Of a DNA stretch of 64,000 nt, positions 45,427 through 54,271 are shown in pieces (position 1 is the first letter of the stretch; each line of letters starts with the position of its first letter). Location: contig JBHGAY010000002.1 of the NCBI GenBank assembly GCA_041946735.1, positions 32,001 through 96,000 on the forward strand, written 5' to 3'. The notes below the pieces were generated by a model. The model was given only the letters and a program-made list of their open reading frames with translations. It had not been told where the DNA came from and did no database searches. The DNA is from Candidatus Eiseniibacteriota bacterium. GTDB taxonomy: Bacteria; Eisenbacteria; RBG-16-71-46; CAIMUX01; VGJL01. The translations under genes and the position numbers were made by a program.

Positions 45427-47201
45427 CGGACGACGATGAAGTATCCCTTCGCCTCCTCGGAATTCAGCCGGGTCGAGATGTAATAGATGTAGACGCCGCT
45501 CGTCACCGCCTCGCCCCGCGCGTTCTTCAGGTCCCAGCGCTTCGCCGAGGAGGTTTCACCGAAATCGCCCGGTCCGTGCTCGAGCGTGCGCAGCAGATCG
45601 CCGGAAGTCGTGTAGATCCGGATCGTGGCCTGCTCGGGCAGGTTCCGGAACTCCACGTGCTCGCCAAGCTCGCGATCCCACGGCACCTTCCCCGCCTCGT
45701 ACGGATTGGGCACGACCACCACGCGACCGAGCAGAGGAGCGCTCGTTTCGGCTGCCGAGTGGGCCGTGACCGGCGTCGGCGGACCGTTGGGATCGGCGCG
45801 ATACCATCCTTCGTCGACCGTGTTGAGCAGAACGTCGAAGACCGATCCGCCCAGATACTGCCGGCTGAACGCCGTGATGCTGTAGTACCACGGGAACCCG
45901 TTGTGCGGTCCGGCGAGCGGGTCCTCGCCTGCCCCCCTACCCGCGACAAGCGAATCGGGGTCTGTGAAACGGCGCTCCGAGCCGACGAACGTCCAGGTCG
46001 AGTCGCCGAATCCGAACATCCGGACCAACTGCGCGTCCTCGGCTCGTGGCGTCTCGCTTCGCCAGATCATGTAGCCACCGAAGCAGACGGGATCGCGGGC
46101 CGAAGGCTGGCAGAAGCCGGTGCGGTAGTACGGGATCGTCCCATCGGGAAGCGCGACGAAGATCGTGCGGCCAAGGTCCGCGACGCGGGCGGCGGTGATA
46201 TCCCCTTGCGTCGCGAGATCCGCCTGCCTGTAGAGGCGGCCGTCCTTGCCGTCGTAGATCGCGAAGTCGCCGGTCCTCTGAAGCACGTAGACGAGAGCCC
46301 CGTCGGGATCGCGGATCCCGAGCATCGGATCGGTGACGGTGCCGGTCTCCTTGGTGAACCGGCTCGTCCACGAGCGCGTCTCCCATCCGACCAGGCGCCC
46401 GCCGGCGTCGAGGGAGAAGAGCCGGGCGAGATCGGCGGAGAAGACGAGATCGCGGATCTCGCTCTCATGCGCTTGGAGGCGCTGGAAGATGCTGCTGCTC
46501 GCGATCGGCTGGTAGATGCGCACGTTCCCTTGTGCGTCCCCCGCCGCGAGGAGCGAGCCGTTCGTGGCCAAGGCCATCCGGACGGTCGGGCTTCCTGCCG
46601 TCGCGATCTTCCGCAGCAGGCTCCCAGGTCCCGCCCACACCTGGATCGTGTCCGACTCGCCCGCCGTGACGTAGCGCAGCTCGCTCAGCTCGTTCGAGTT
46701 GACGAGGAACCGGACGATCCGCGCGTTGGTCCTCTCGGCGGCATACACATCCCACGTATCGGTATCGAGATTCCAGAGACCCACCGTCCCGTCGGCGAAG
46801 CCGGCGAGGACGATCCGGCCGCTCCCGTGCACGACGAAGTCGGCGATGGGCGACGGCGGCTGGGGAGAGATCTTCTGGACCGCGCCCGACACCTCGTCGA
46901 TCACGTAGATCCGTGGGTCGAGCGATCCGACCACGAAGAGCTGCGTCCCGCCGTTGGTCCGCAGCATCGACGCAGCGCCGGCCCCGGCGGGCGCCGGCAG
47001 CGTCCCTTCCTCCTCGAGAACCGTGTTGCCTTGGAAGTAGGGGTCCAGCCCGTCCAGCGGCTGCCAGGACCAGGTGATCTTCCGATCTCCCAACACGGGG
47101 GGGCCGGAGAACTGGACCTTCTGAGCCCAGGCGCCGCCCGCGACCCCCGCGACCAGCGCGAGAAGCAGCAGACCCGCGAACCCCCGAGACGCGAACCTCA
47201 T
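45423..47201 (-). CDS. WD40-repeat secreted protein with T9SS-like CTD
   Basis: DGTVGLWN, GNVRIY; C-terminal VVPNPY..EFRNLP..TIRIYT..WDLKN..SGVYIY. Confidence 0.8.
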   Translation of the reverse strand: MRFASRGFAGLLLLALVAGVAGGAWAQKVQFSGPPVLGDRKITWSWQPLDGLDPYFQGNTVLEEEGTLPAPAGAGAASMLRTNGGTQLFVVGSLDPRIYVIDEVSGAVQKISPQPPSPIADFVVHGSGRIVLAGFADGTVGLWNLDTDTWDVYAAERTNARIVRFLVNSNELSELRYVTAGESDTIQVWAGPGSLLRKIATAGSPTVRMALATNGSLLAAGDAQGNVRIYQPIASSSIFQRLQAHESEIRDLVFSADLARLFSLDAGGRLVGWETRSWTSRFTKETGTVTDPMLGIRDPDGALVYVLQRTGDFAIYDGKDGRLYRQADLATQGDITAARVADLGRTIFVALPDGTIPYYRTGFCQPSARDPVCFGGYMIWRSETPRAEDAQLVRMFGFGDSTWTFVGSERRFTDPDSLVAGRGAGEDPLAGPHNGFPWYYSITAFSRQYLGGSVFDVLLNTVDEGWYRADPNGPPTPVTAHSAAETSAPLLGRVVVVPNPYEAGKVPWDRELGEHVEFRNLPEQATIRIYTTSGDLLRTLEHGPGDFGETSSAKRWDLKNARGEAVTSGVYIYYISTRLNSEEAKGYFIVVR

Positions 47202-47229
47202 CCCATCCTCCTCCCGGTTCCGGGACCTG

Positions 47230-49464
47230 CTAGTAGTCCTGACCGGTCATCAGCCAGTTGATCGCCGAGGTCCCCGCATCCGCTGCCGGACCCTCCTGGA
47301 ACGGATAGGGCTGGAACAGGAACAGCACCACGCGTCCTTGCTGCTGCCCGCGGAGCGTGTCGGCGGCGGTCGACTCGTAGCGCTGCGCAATCACCGATCC
47401 ATCCCAGGTCGTGGGAGGGAACCCGCCCCAGTTGTACCCGACCGAGGTGTACAGGGTGTCGAGGCCTGCCTCCGGGAAGAACGGCGAGTAGGCCCGATCG
47501 AAGAGCACGCCCTCGAAGTCGCGGATTCCGCCCGTAGGAGGCGAGTTCGGGCCGCAGTCCGCCAGCGCCTCGGTATCGTGCTTGGCCGGATCGATGTAGA
47601 GATCCGGATAGGCCGGATTCGTCGAGACGCACCGGATGAGGCCATCCCTCCAGGACTGATGCTCGAGCTCGATCGTGAGCGAGCAGCGGAACTGGTCGAG
47701 CCCGACGATCTGGCTCCGGATGTGCAGGAATCGGTACAGGAACGAGGTGTCCGAGAAGTCCTGATCCGAGATGCCCGCCTGCGGCGGCAGCTTCGGATAG
47801 TCGCCGCCCGGAACGCCGATCGGGCTGAGAATTGCCGAGAGCGAACGCCCGCCGAAGAGGAACAGCTTGCCCCCGGCGGCGAGGTATGAGGAGAGCAGCC
47901 GGCGATCGCCGCCGGTGGCCGCCTCGTGCTCGTGCATCCAGATGCCGCTCCTGTCTCCAGTGGTGAAGTTGAAGCTCCACAGCAACGCGGAATACTGCGC
48001 CATCTCGCTCAGCTTCAGCGCCTCGTTGTCGGTCGGCGGCATAGCCTCCGGCGCGTTGCCGCGCGGGCGGTACATGCTGCGCTTGTCGAGACCATCCGGC
48101 GCGTAGGCCCGGATCCTCCCTATGAAGCGATCGATGAACGCGTCGTGGACCTGGTCTTGATTCGTGCCGTTCAGTCCGTAGAGCACGCGCGCGTCGTCGA
48201 CGAGCAGAGCGGTGCGCGCGAACCGGAAGGCGACCACCCTGATCACGATCGTGCAGAGCTGCTCGGACGAACGCAGATCGCTCGTATCTCTCATGCGGAT
48301 GTAGAGGACGTGGGTCTGGCCATCCTCGGTGTCATCGAAGATGAGCGGGTTGACCATCTTGTCCCACTTGCCCCATCCGATCCAGCCGCCGATCCCCTGG
48401 GGATCTCGATAGCGGTCGTCTTGTGGATCGGGCACATCCAGACCGTAGTTGACGTTCCCCGGTTTGCCGCCGTAGTAGTCCGCGTCCCCGACCCACCGGA
48501 ATCGGATCTCCGTGTTCGTCGGGACCTCGACGTTCCAGATCGGTCCATCGGACGGGAACTTGTGCCGGCCGAGGCTTCGCTCGAGCACCGTGACGTACGG
48601 CTGGCTCGGGGTGGCGGTCACGTGGAAGCGGAACCAGTTCAGCCCTTCCTCCAGCACCGGCTCCGTGGCGCCTGCCTCGTCGATGGCCCGGACGCCGAAG
48701 ACGAAGATCTCTCCGCCGGTCTCGGGAAGGTCGCGCAGCGTGCGCTGCAGGACGTCCCCGCCGACGCGGATCCATGCGGTCCGATCGCCGGTCTGAAGCG
48801 TGTCGAGGAAGGTGTTCTGGCGCGTGAGCAAGGAGTCGACGATCGCCTCGGGGGTGATGAACGCCGACTTCAGGCGGATCATCTTGTACTCGAAGTACCG
48901 GGGCGTCTGGTCGGGCTGCGAGCTGTCGAGATCCTCGCCCTTCCACTCCACGACGAACGTCTTCACCAGGCTGCTCGTGCTCCCCGAAGGCAGTTTCGGG
49001 AAGGTGATGGTCGCGGTCGGCGCGATCGTCTTCGCGTTGAAGAAGCGCTTGTCGATCGCGCTCGTGGCGTACTCGTTGTCGACGGCCCGAATGTAGAAGG
49101 TGTGCCAATCGGTGAAGGTCCCGTCGTCCGCGTAGGTGTTCGGATGGGAAGCCTCGAACTTCAGCAAGGCATTGAAGCCGGTCGTGTCGTGCCAGGCGGA
49201 TTCGGAGATCGTGTCGTCGATGGCGTACTGGAAGCGGATCACGACTCCATCGTCGTCCGATCCCCGCCACTGGAAATGGACTTTGTAGTCTACCCCCGCG
49301 GAGTCCGCCGTAGCCGCCCCTGCGGTGATGTTGACGCGCGGCGCGCGGTTTTCGACCCGCTCTCCGGTCGGCTTGTCGTCGGGGATCAGCAGGCAGCCGG
49401 CAACGAGGAACAGGGCGAGAGCCGCGAGCGATCCGAGCTTCATCCGGAACTTGTCGTTCTTCAT
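47230..49464 (-). CDS. large lipoprotein with Ig/Fn3-like repeats
   Basis: Lipobox LVAGC; repeated W.G.D.D and F.(I/V)RA(V/I)D modules; start uncertain. Confidence 0.7.
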   Translation of the reverse strand: MKNDKFRMKLGSLAALALFLVAGCLLIPDDKPTGERVENRAPRVNITAGAATADSAGVDYKVHFQWRGSDDDGVVIRFQYAIDDTISESAWHDTTGFNALLKFEASHPNTYADDGTFTDWHTFYIRAVDNEYATSAIDKRFFNAKTIAPTATITFPKLPSGSTSSLVKTFVVEWKGEDLDSSQPDQTPRYFEYKMIRLKSAFITPEAIVDSLLTRQNTFLDTLQTGDRTAWIRVGGDVLQRTLRDLPETGGEIFVFGVRAIDEAGATEPVLEEGLNWFRFHVTATPSQPYVTVLERSLGRHKFPSDGPIWNVEVPTNTEIRFRWVGDADYYGGKPGNVNYGLDVPDPQDDRYRDPQGIGGWIGWGKWDKMVNPLIFDDTEDGQTHVLYIRMRDTSDLRSSEQLCTIVIRVVAFRFARTALLVDDARVLYGLNGTNQDQVHDAFIDRFIGRIRAYAPDGLDKRSMYRPRGNAPEAMPPTDNEALKLSEMAQYSALLWSFNFTTGDRSGIWMHEHEAATGGDRRLLSSYLAAGGKLFLFGGRSLSAILSPIGVPGGDYPKLPPQAGISDQDFSDTSFLYRFLHIRSQIVGLDQFRCSLTIELEHQSWRDGLIRCVSTNPAYPDLYIDPAKHDTEALADCGPNSPPTGGIRDFEGVLFDRAYSPFFPEAGLDTLYTSVGYNWGGFPPTTWDGSVIAQRYESTAADTLRGQQQGRVVLFLFQPYPFQEGPAADAGTSAINWLMTGQDY

Positions 49465-49505
49465 GACACGCCTCACACGCCTCAGAAAACTCCTCATCAC
49501 TCGCC

Positions 49506-51104
49506 TCATCCGTTCGCAACGACCCGGAACACGACCGAACGCTCACGCGAGCGCGTTCCGCGCGAGCTGCCCCCCTGCTGGCTGTTGTCTTCCGCGCGCA
49601 CCCAGATCTTGTACGTTCCCGGCTGGAACGATCCCCCCGGGGGCGTCGCCAGGGTCTCGTACGGGACCAGCTGGTTGAGCGTCTGGAAGTCGCGATAGAG
49701 GAACTCGCCGTCGAAGCGGTAGCCGTACCGCATCTGCTCGCCGGTTCGCGCATCGCGGTCGGTCGCGAGGAACCGGATCGGCAGGCCTCCGGCGACGTCC
49801 TCCAGGCGGAAGGAGTCTCCGGGCATCGGCGTCTGCTGGAACGGTCCGGTGGCGGTGGAGTCCGCCTGACTCACGAAGAGGGGCTGCAGATTCACGAAGA
49901 AGAGCAAGGTATCGGGCGTCGACTCGACCCGGTCGAGCTTGTCCACGCCGCGGGCCATCACGACGTAATCCCCGGTGATGACGCCGGCCAGCTGGATCGG
50001 CGCATCCGCGGTCACGACTCGCCACGGGTTGAAGACCGCGCCGGAGGTCGACCGCCACTCGATGTTCGTCACGACCGGATCGCCGTCGGGGGGATCCGGA
50101 TCATGGGAGCTCGCCTCGAGCGTCACGTTGGGAAACGCCTGCGCCGGATCGATCGGCAGCGGAATCGTGTCGCCGCTGAAGAAGGAGACATCGTCGGCCC
50201 GGAAGCAGGGGACCGGACCGACACCCGGCTTGTCGCAGCGCTGGATCCGGGTCACCGGATCCTGATTCCAGACGAAGCTGATCGTCTGGAATCCGCTCCC
50301 GGAAAGGCCGCCGTCGTCCTGGGCCCGGACCTGCATGGCGTAGTTGGAGCCCGAGGGAACCCGGGTGAAATACTCCGGATCGTACTGGGCGGTCGTGTCG
50401 CTCAGCGTCCCCCCCATCCATTCCGATTCGATCGGAAGCAGGCGGCGGAAGAACCGCTCCACGCGACCCACCTGGATCTCCTGCCCGTCGCGGTCCACCG
50501 CGCGGTCGCCGTCGCTCCCCGACCAGGCGAACGAGACCCCCCAACCGTAGGGAATGGTATCGGTCGGGAAGTCTGGATTGGTGGAGGTCAGCTCCCGGAT
50601 CTCGCCCTGTGGGCCGAAAGCATAGTTCCTGTAGAAGTGCACCTCGGGCGGCACGTTGTCGCGAGCGCCGAAGAACACCCACGCGGGCGTCTCATCGATC
50701 TTCCCCTCGTTGTCGACCGCCCGCACGTAGAACCGATGCCCGAGCACCTCGCGCGTCTCTTCGACCTGGAAGGTGATGAGGCTGTCGGTCCGCTGCGTGC
50801 GTCGCCAGGTGAACTCATCCTCCGTCGGCAGCGAGTCCGTGATTGCGACGTCGTACCCCGTGACCGCCCCATCTCGATCGGCTCCCGACCAGTAGAGCCG
50901 GACCCGGTAGAACGTGGTCTGGCTATCGCCGGGCGCCGACGTCAGAAAGGTTTCCGGGGGAGAGTTGCGATCGATCGGCGCGGTGCTTTGCTCCCGGCAT
51001 CCTCCCAGGAGCCCCCAGAGGGCCGCTACCGCGACGAGCGATGCGATGGAGAACTGGATGCCACGCAGAATCGAGCCGCCAGAAGGAAGACGGCGAGCGG
51101 ACAT
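49506..51104 (-). CDS. lipoprotein with Ig/Fn3-like repeats (paralogous modules to the neighbouring gene)
   Basis: Lipobox LGGC; N.PPET, WSG.D.DG, FYVRAVDN.G..D.TPA. Confidence 0.7.
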   Translation of the reverse strand: MSARRLPSGGSILRGIQFSIASLVAVAALWGLLGGCREQSTAPIDRNSPPETFLTSAPGDSQTTFYRVRLYWSGADRDGAVTGYDVAITDSLPTEDEFTWRRTQRTDSLITFQVEETREVLGHRFYVRAVDNEGKIDETPAWVFFGARDNVPPEVHFYRNYAFGPQGEIRELTSTNPDFPTDTIPYGWGVSFAWSGSDGDRAVDRDGQEIQVGRVERFFRRLLPIESEWMGGTLSDTTAQYDPEYFTRVPSGSNYAMQVRAQDDGGLSGSGFQTISFVWNQDPVTRIQRCDKPGVGPVPCFRADDVSFFSGDTIPLPIDPAQAFPNVTLEASSHDPDPPDGDPVVTNIEWRSTSGAVFNPWRVVTADAPIQLAGVITGDYVVMARGVDKLDRVESTPDTLLFFVNLQPLFVSQADSTATGPFQQTPMPGDSFRLEDVAGGLPIRFLATDRDARTGEQMRYGYRFDGEFLYRDFQTLNQLVPYETLATPPGGSFQPGTYKIWVRAEDNSQQGGSSRGTRSRERSVVFRVVANG

Positions 51105-51144
51105 AGGACCCCCCATCCCCGAGACCAACCCCAACCGTGCGTTC

Positions 51145-51174
51145 ATCGTACGGTCCGGTTCGAAGGAGTGTCAA
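51145..51174 (-). promoter_or_regulatory. sigma70-like promoter of the lipoprotein operon
   Basis: TTGACA-N18-TACGAT; supports ATG 51104 as the start. Confidence 0.6.
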
Positions 51175-51349
51175 CGGAGATTCCCCCTTGGCCTTCAAGC
51201 CGATCGGAGGCCAACGGCAATCCTCCGGCGAGCCCAAACGACCCCGCAGCAACGCACTTGCCCTCTCGGGCCGGCCCGCGCCGACGTCCCTTCCCGCGTC
51301 GTCCGCGAGGACCCCGCTGCGGCGCGGCTCGCCGGCCTGCTCCGCATCG

Positions 51350-52447
51350 TCAGGGAGATTCCCCGGCCCCGGGGTCCGCGCTTGCCAGCTCCCGGAGCAG
51401 GACCGCGACGGCGTTCAAGGTCGGATGGAGGTAGTCGGCGGGGATCGCCGGCCGGCCGAGGGACTTCGGATCGGGCGCGCCGAAGCTGCCATCCGGGTTC
51501 TGGCGCTCCAGGAGCACACGGACCCCTTCCCGGTAGGCGTAGGTGTCCCGCATTCCCGCGACCTGCAGGCAGCAGAGAAGCTCCCCCACGATGTCGATGT
51601 TGTTCAGGACCGAGTAGAGGACGGTGAAGAACGGCCCGACCCGGAGGAGCCAATCGCCCTCCGCCGGAGAGAGATCGAGGCGGGCACCGGTCGCGTAGTC
51701 GGTGTAGGCGAAGATCTCGTGCGTCAGGTAGTACGCGGCGGCCAGGTCCATCGCCGTCTCGTCCGGGCGCGATGCGAGCAGCCCACGCGACCGGAGAGCC
51801 GCCGCATCCACTCCGGGATCGATTCCTGCGGCGGGCAGGTAGACCGCGTAGAGAGCGGCCAACGACGGTGGCACCCGCTGGACCTCCCGCCGCAGCCTCG
51901 CCTCCCTGCTCCGCAGCGCGTCGCCGATCGGCCCGGGGTCCAGACCGTGGATGCGGCAACGCGAGGCGAGAAGCGCGAACTCGGTGAACGCCTCGCTCCC
52001 GCCCGGGGAATCGAGGACCGCGCCGAGCCGGTCACGGTCGAGCGCACGGCGGAGACGCGACTCCACTTCCCGGCGCGCCTCGTCCTTTCGCGGCCCCGGC
52101 CGCTCGAAGACCCAGATGCGATGCCACGTCTCGACCTCCGTCACGAACCGCCGGAAGTCCATCGCGTCGCCGGTGAACGGATCGACCTGCACCGTGCGGA
52201 GCCAGGCCACCGCACGCCCCGCCGAAGCGGCGAGCGGCGCGCGGTCCATCGGGGAGACAGCGCGGGCGCGGCCGGAGGCAAGCAGCAACAGGAGAAGCGA
52301 GGCGAGCCAGAGCCCGCCTCCCGCAGACCCTCGCCGTCTCCTCGCCCGCAGTCGTGATACCCCTCGGCTCCTCAATGCTTCTCCTCGATTCGGTAGAGCA
52401 GGATCGACGTTCCCGCCCGCCCGGCCGGGCGCTCGCGGCTCGGCCAA
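51350..52447 (-). CDS. secreted alpha-helical protein with a prenyltransferase/cyclase-type QxxDGSF motif
   Basis: Signal-like segment, YYLTHEIF, DIVGELL, QNPDGSFG; start uncertain. Confidence 0.55.
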   Translation of the reverse strand: MAEPRAPGRAGGNVDPALPNRGEALRSRGVSRLRARRRRGSAGGGLWLASLLLLLLASGRARAVSPMDRAPLAASAGRAVAWLRTVQVDPFTGDAMDFRRFVTEVETWHRIWVFERPGPRKDEARREVESRLRRALDRDRLGAVLDSPGGSEAFTEFALLASRCRIHGLDPGPIGDALRSREARLRREVQRVPPSLAALYAVYLPAAGIDPGVDAAALRSRGLLASRPDETAMDLAAAYYLTHEIFAYTDYATGARLDLSPAEGDWLLRVGPFFTVLYSVLNNIDIVGELLCCLQVAGMRDTYAYREGVRVLLERQNPDGSFGAPDPKSLGRPAIPADYLHPTLNAVAVLLRELASADPGAGESP

Positions 52448-54075
52448 TCGATCCCCTTCTCCCGCATCCGTATGACGAAATGCGAGCTGATCGCATAGTC
52501 GCCCGGCTCCCGCGCCCCGAGTTGGGCGAGGCTCGCCGGCTCAGCCGGAATACGGTACCAGGCGGGATCCGCGGTTCCGAAGTAGAAGAGCCGGACGCTC
52601 TCGAAGCCCGCCGCGCGCATCGCCGCGGGGAGCTGCTTCAGATCCTGGCCCCAATCGATGTTGACGTCGTCGAGCAGGCGCGGCCCGTTCCTCCACCCGC
52701 CCGCCGGCTCGTTGAAGTAGGCGAGGTAGTGGGGCCACGCGACGGACGTCGTGACGGCGAGCCAGAGAATCGCCGCGGCGGCCGGCAGAGAGCGCCATCG
52801 CCACGGGCGCCACGCGGGAGGAGCGAGGCGGCCGGCACTCACGGTGAGGACGGGAAGGACCGGCAGAACCCGCCGGATTCCGGCAGGTATGGCGTCGGCG
52901 GAAGCGACGGCGAGCAGCAGCAGAGCTGGCAACCACAGCGCCAGTTCCCCGGCAAGGCCCGCGGTTCGACGCCGGAGAAAGAAGACCGACGCGATCCCCA
53001 TGCCGATCACGGGCACCGATCCTTTCAGCGCCAGCACGACGGGATAGTAGTAGGGAATCGGACTTTCTCGGAATGCCCCGAACAGGTACCAGTGATACTC
53101 TCCCGTCCCCTTCACATTCCGGTAGACATTCCCCAGATTCGCGAAGTACCGGCCGGGCTGCGGCGGAAGTCCGAACGCCAGGACGACGAGAAGGGCGGCG
53201 GGCAGCAGCACCCAGCCGGTCCGGATCGCGACGGCCCGCACGCGACCACGCCAGCCGGCTCCCGCCTCCACCCAGCCTCCGCCCGGCTCTCTCCCGCTCG
53301 TGGCCAGCAGCACGGCAGGAACGACGGGAAGCAGCAGGAGCGCCGTGAACTTCGTCAGAAGAGCGAGGCCGAGCGCGACGCCGGCGATGAGCAGCCCCGA
53401 GGGGGAACGACGCCGCGCCCCCCGCCACAGGAGATAGGCGGCGGCAAGCATCGAGGCCGCGCAGGGGAGATCGGCCGAGACGACCCCCGCGAAGGCGATC
53501 AGGTTCGGGGAAAGCGCCGTCAACGCGAGCGTGAGCATCGCGCCCGGCGTTCCCCAGAGATCACGGCTCCATAGCCCTGCGGCCGCGAGCAGGAGCAGGC
53601 CGAACGGAAGGAGGACGGCGAGGCGGCTCGCGAAGAGCACGCGGTCGGCGTCGGCCGCGCCGCCGTAGAGCACCGACGTCGCATACGGATACTCGCGGCC
53701 GAGGCTCTCCTGGAACGGGAGGCGCGAGCCCGGGATCGTGAGACCGGCCGCGCGCGCCCCGAGGCCCGCGAGAGCGCCGACGAGCGGAGGAGCGTCGTCC
53801 TTCATCGTGAAGTCGTGAAGCGTCACCGACGCGAGGCCGCCGACGACGTAGACCGGCTCGTCGAACGTGGCGGAGGTGGTTTGAAGGCTCGTGACGGTGA
53901 AGGCGAGAAAGACGATGCCGCTCAGCAGTATGGAGACGAGCAGGATGCGCCGGGAACCGAGAGCGCGAGCCGGCGCGAACGGCGATTTCGCGCTCCGTTC
54001 TGCCACGCGCTCTTCGCCACGCGCGCCTGTCGTCTCCCGGCCCGCCCCCCGCGCACGCTTCACGCTCCCGCTCAT
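52372..54075 (-). CDS. GT39/ArnT-like glycosyltransferase
   Basis: SATFDEP.Y, PPL, TKFTA, YLAYFN and D.NIDWGQD motifs; start uncertain. Confidence 0.85.
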   Translation of the reverse strand: MSGSVKRARGAGRETTGARGEERVAERSAKSPFAPARALGSRRILLVSILLSGIVFLAFTVTSLQTTSATFDEPVYVVGGLASVTLHDFTMKDDAPPLVGALAGLGARAAGLTIPGSRLPFQESLGREYPYATSVLYGGAADADRVLFASRLAVLLPFGLLLLAAAGLWSRDLWGTPGAMLTLALTALSPNLIAFAGVVSADLPCAASMLAAAYLLWRGARRRSPSGLLIAGVALGLALLTKFTALLLLPVVPAVLLATSGREPGGGWVEAGAGWRGRVRAVAIRTGWVLLPAALLVVLAFGLPPQPGRYFANLGNVYRNVKGTGEYHWYLFGAFRESPIPYYYPVVLALKGSVPVIGMGIASVFFLRRRTAGLAGELALWLPALLLLAVASADAIPAGIRRVLPVLPVLTVSAGRLAPPAWRPWRWRSLPAAAAILWLAVTTSVAWPHYLAYFNEPAGGWRNGPRLLDDVNIDWGQDLKQLPAAMRAAGFESVRLFYFGTADPAWYRIPAEPASLAQLGAREPGDYAISSHFVIRMREKGIDWPSRERPAGRAGTSILLYRIEEKH

Positions 54076-54205
54076 TCGCCGGAGTCTAGCCGAGGGCGGG
54101 GCCGAGCGTCCAACAGCGCCGCGTGCCTCCGCGCCGCCGTGCCGCCGCACCGGCCGCGGCGGCCGTCGCGGCCGTGGCGCAGTTCGAGCGAGCGCGGACG
54201 ATACG

Positions 54206-54238
54206 GAAAGGCCCCCGGCTTCGAGCCGGAGGCCTCTC
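54206..54238 (-). terminator. hairpin downstream of the 1139-aa secreted protein gene
   Basis: AGGCCCCCGGCT-TCG-AGCCGGAGGCCT. Confidence 0.65.
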
Positions 54239-54271
54239 CTCGTGCGTGATCTTCCCGAGCGTCCCGAAGGA

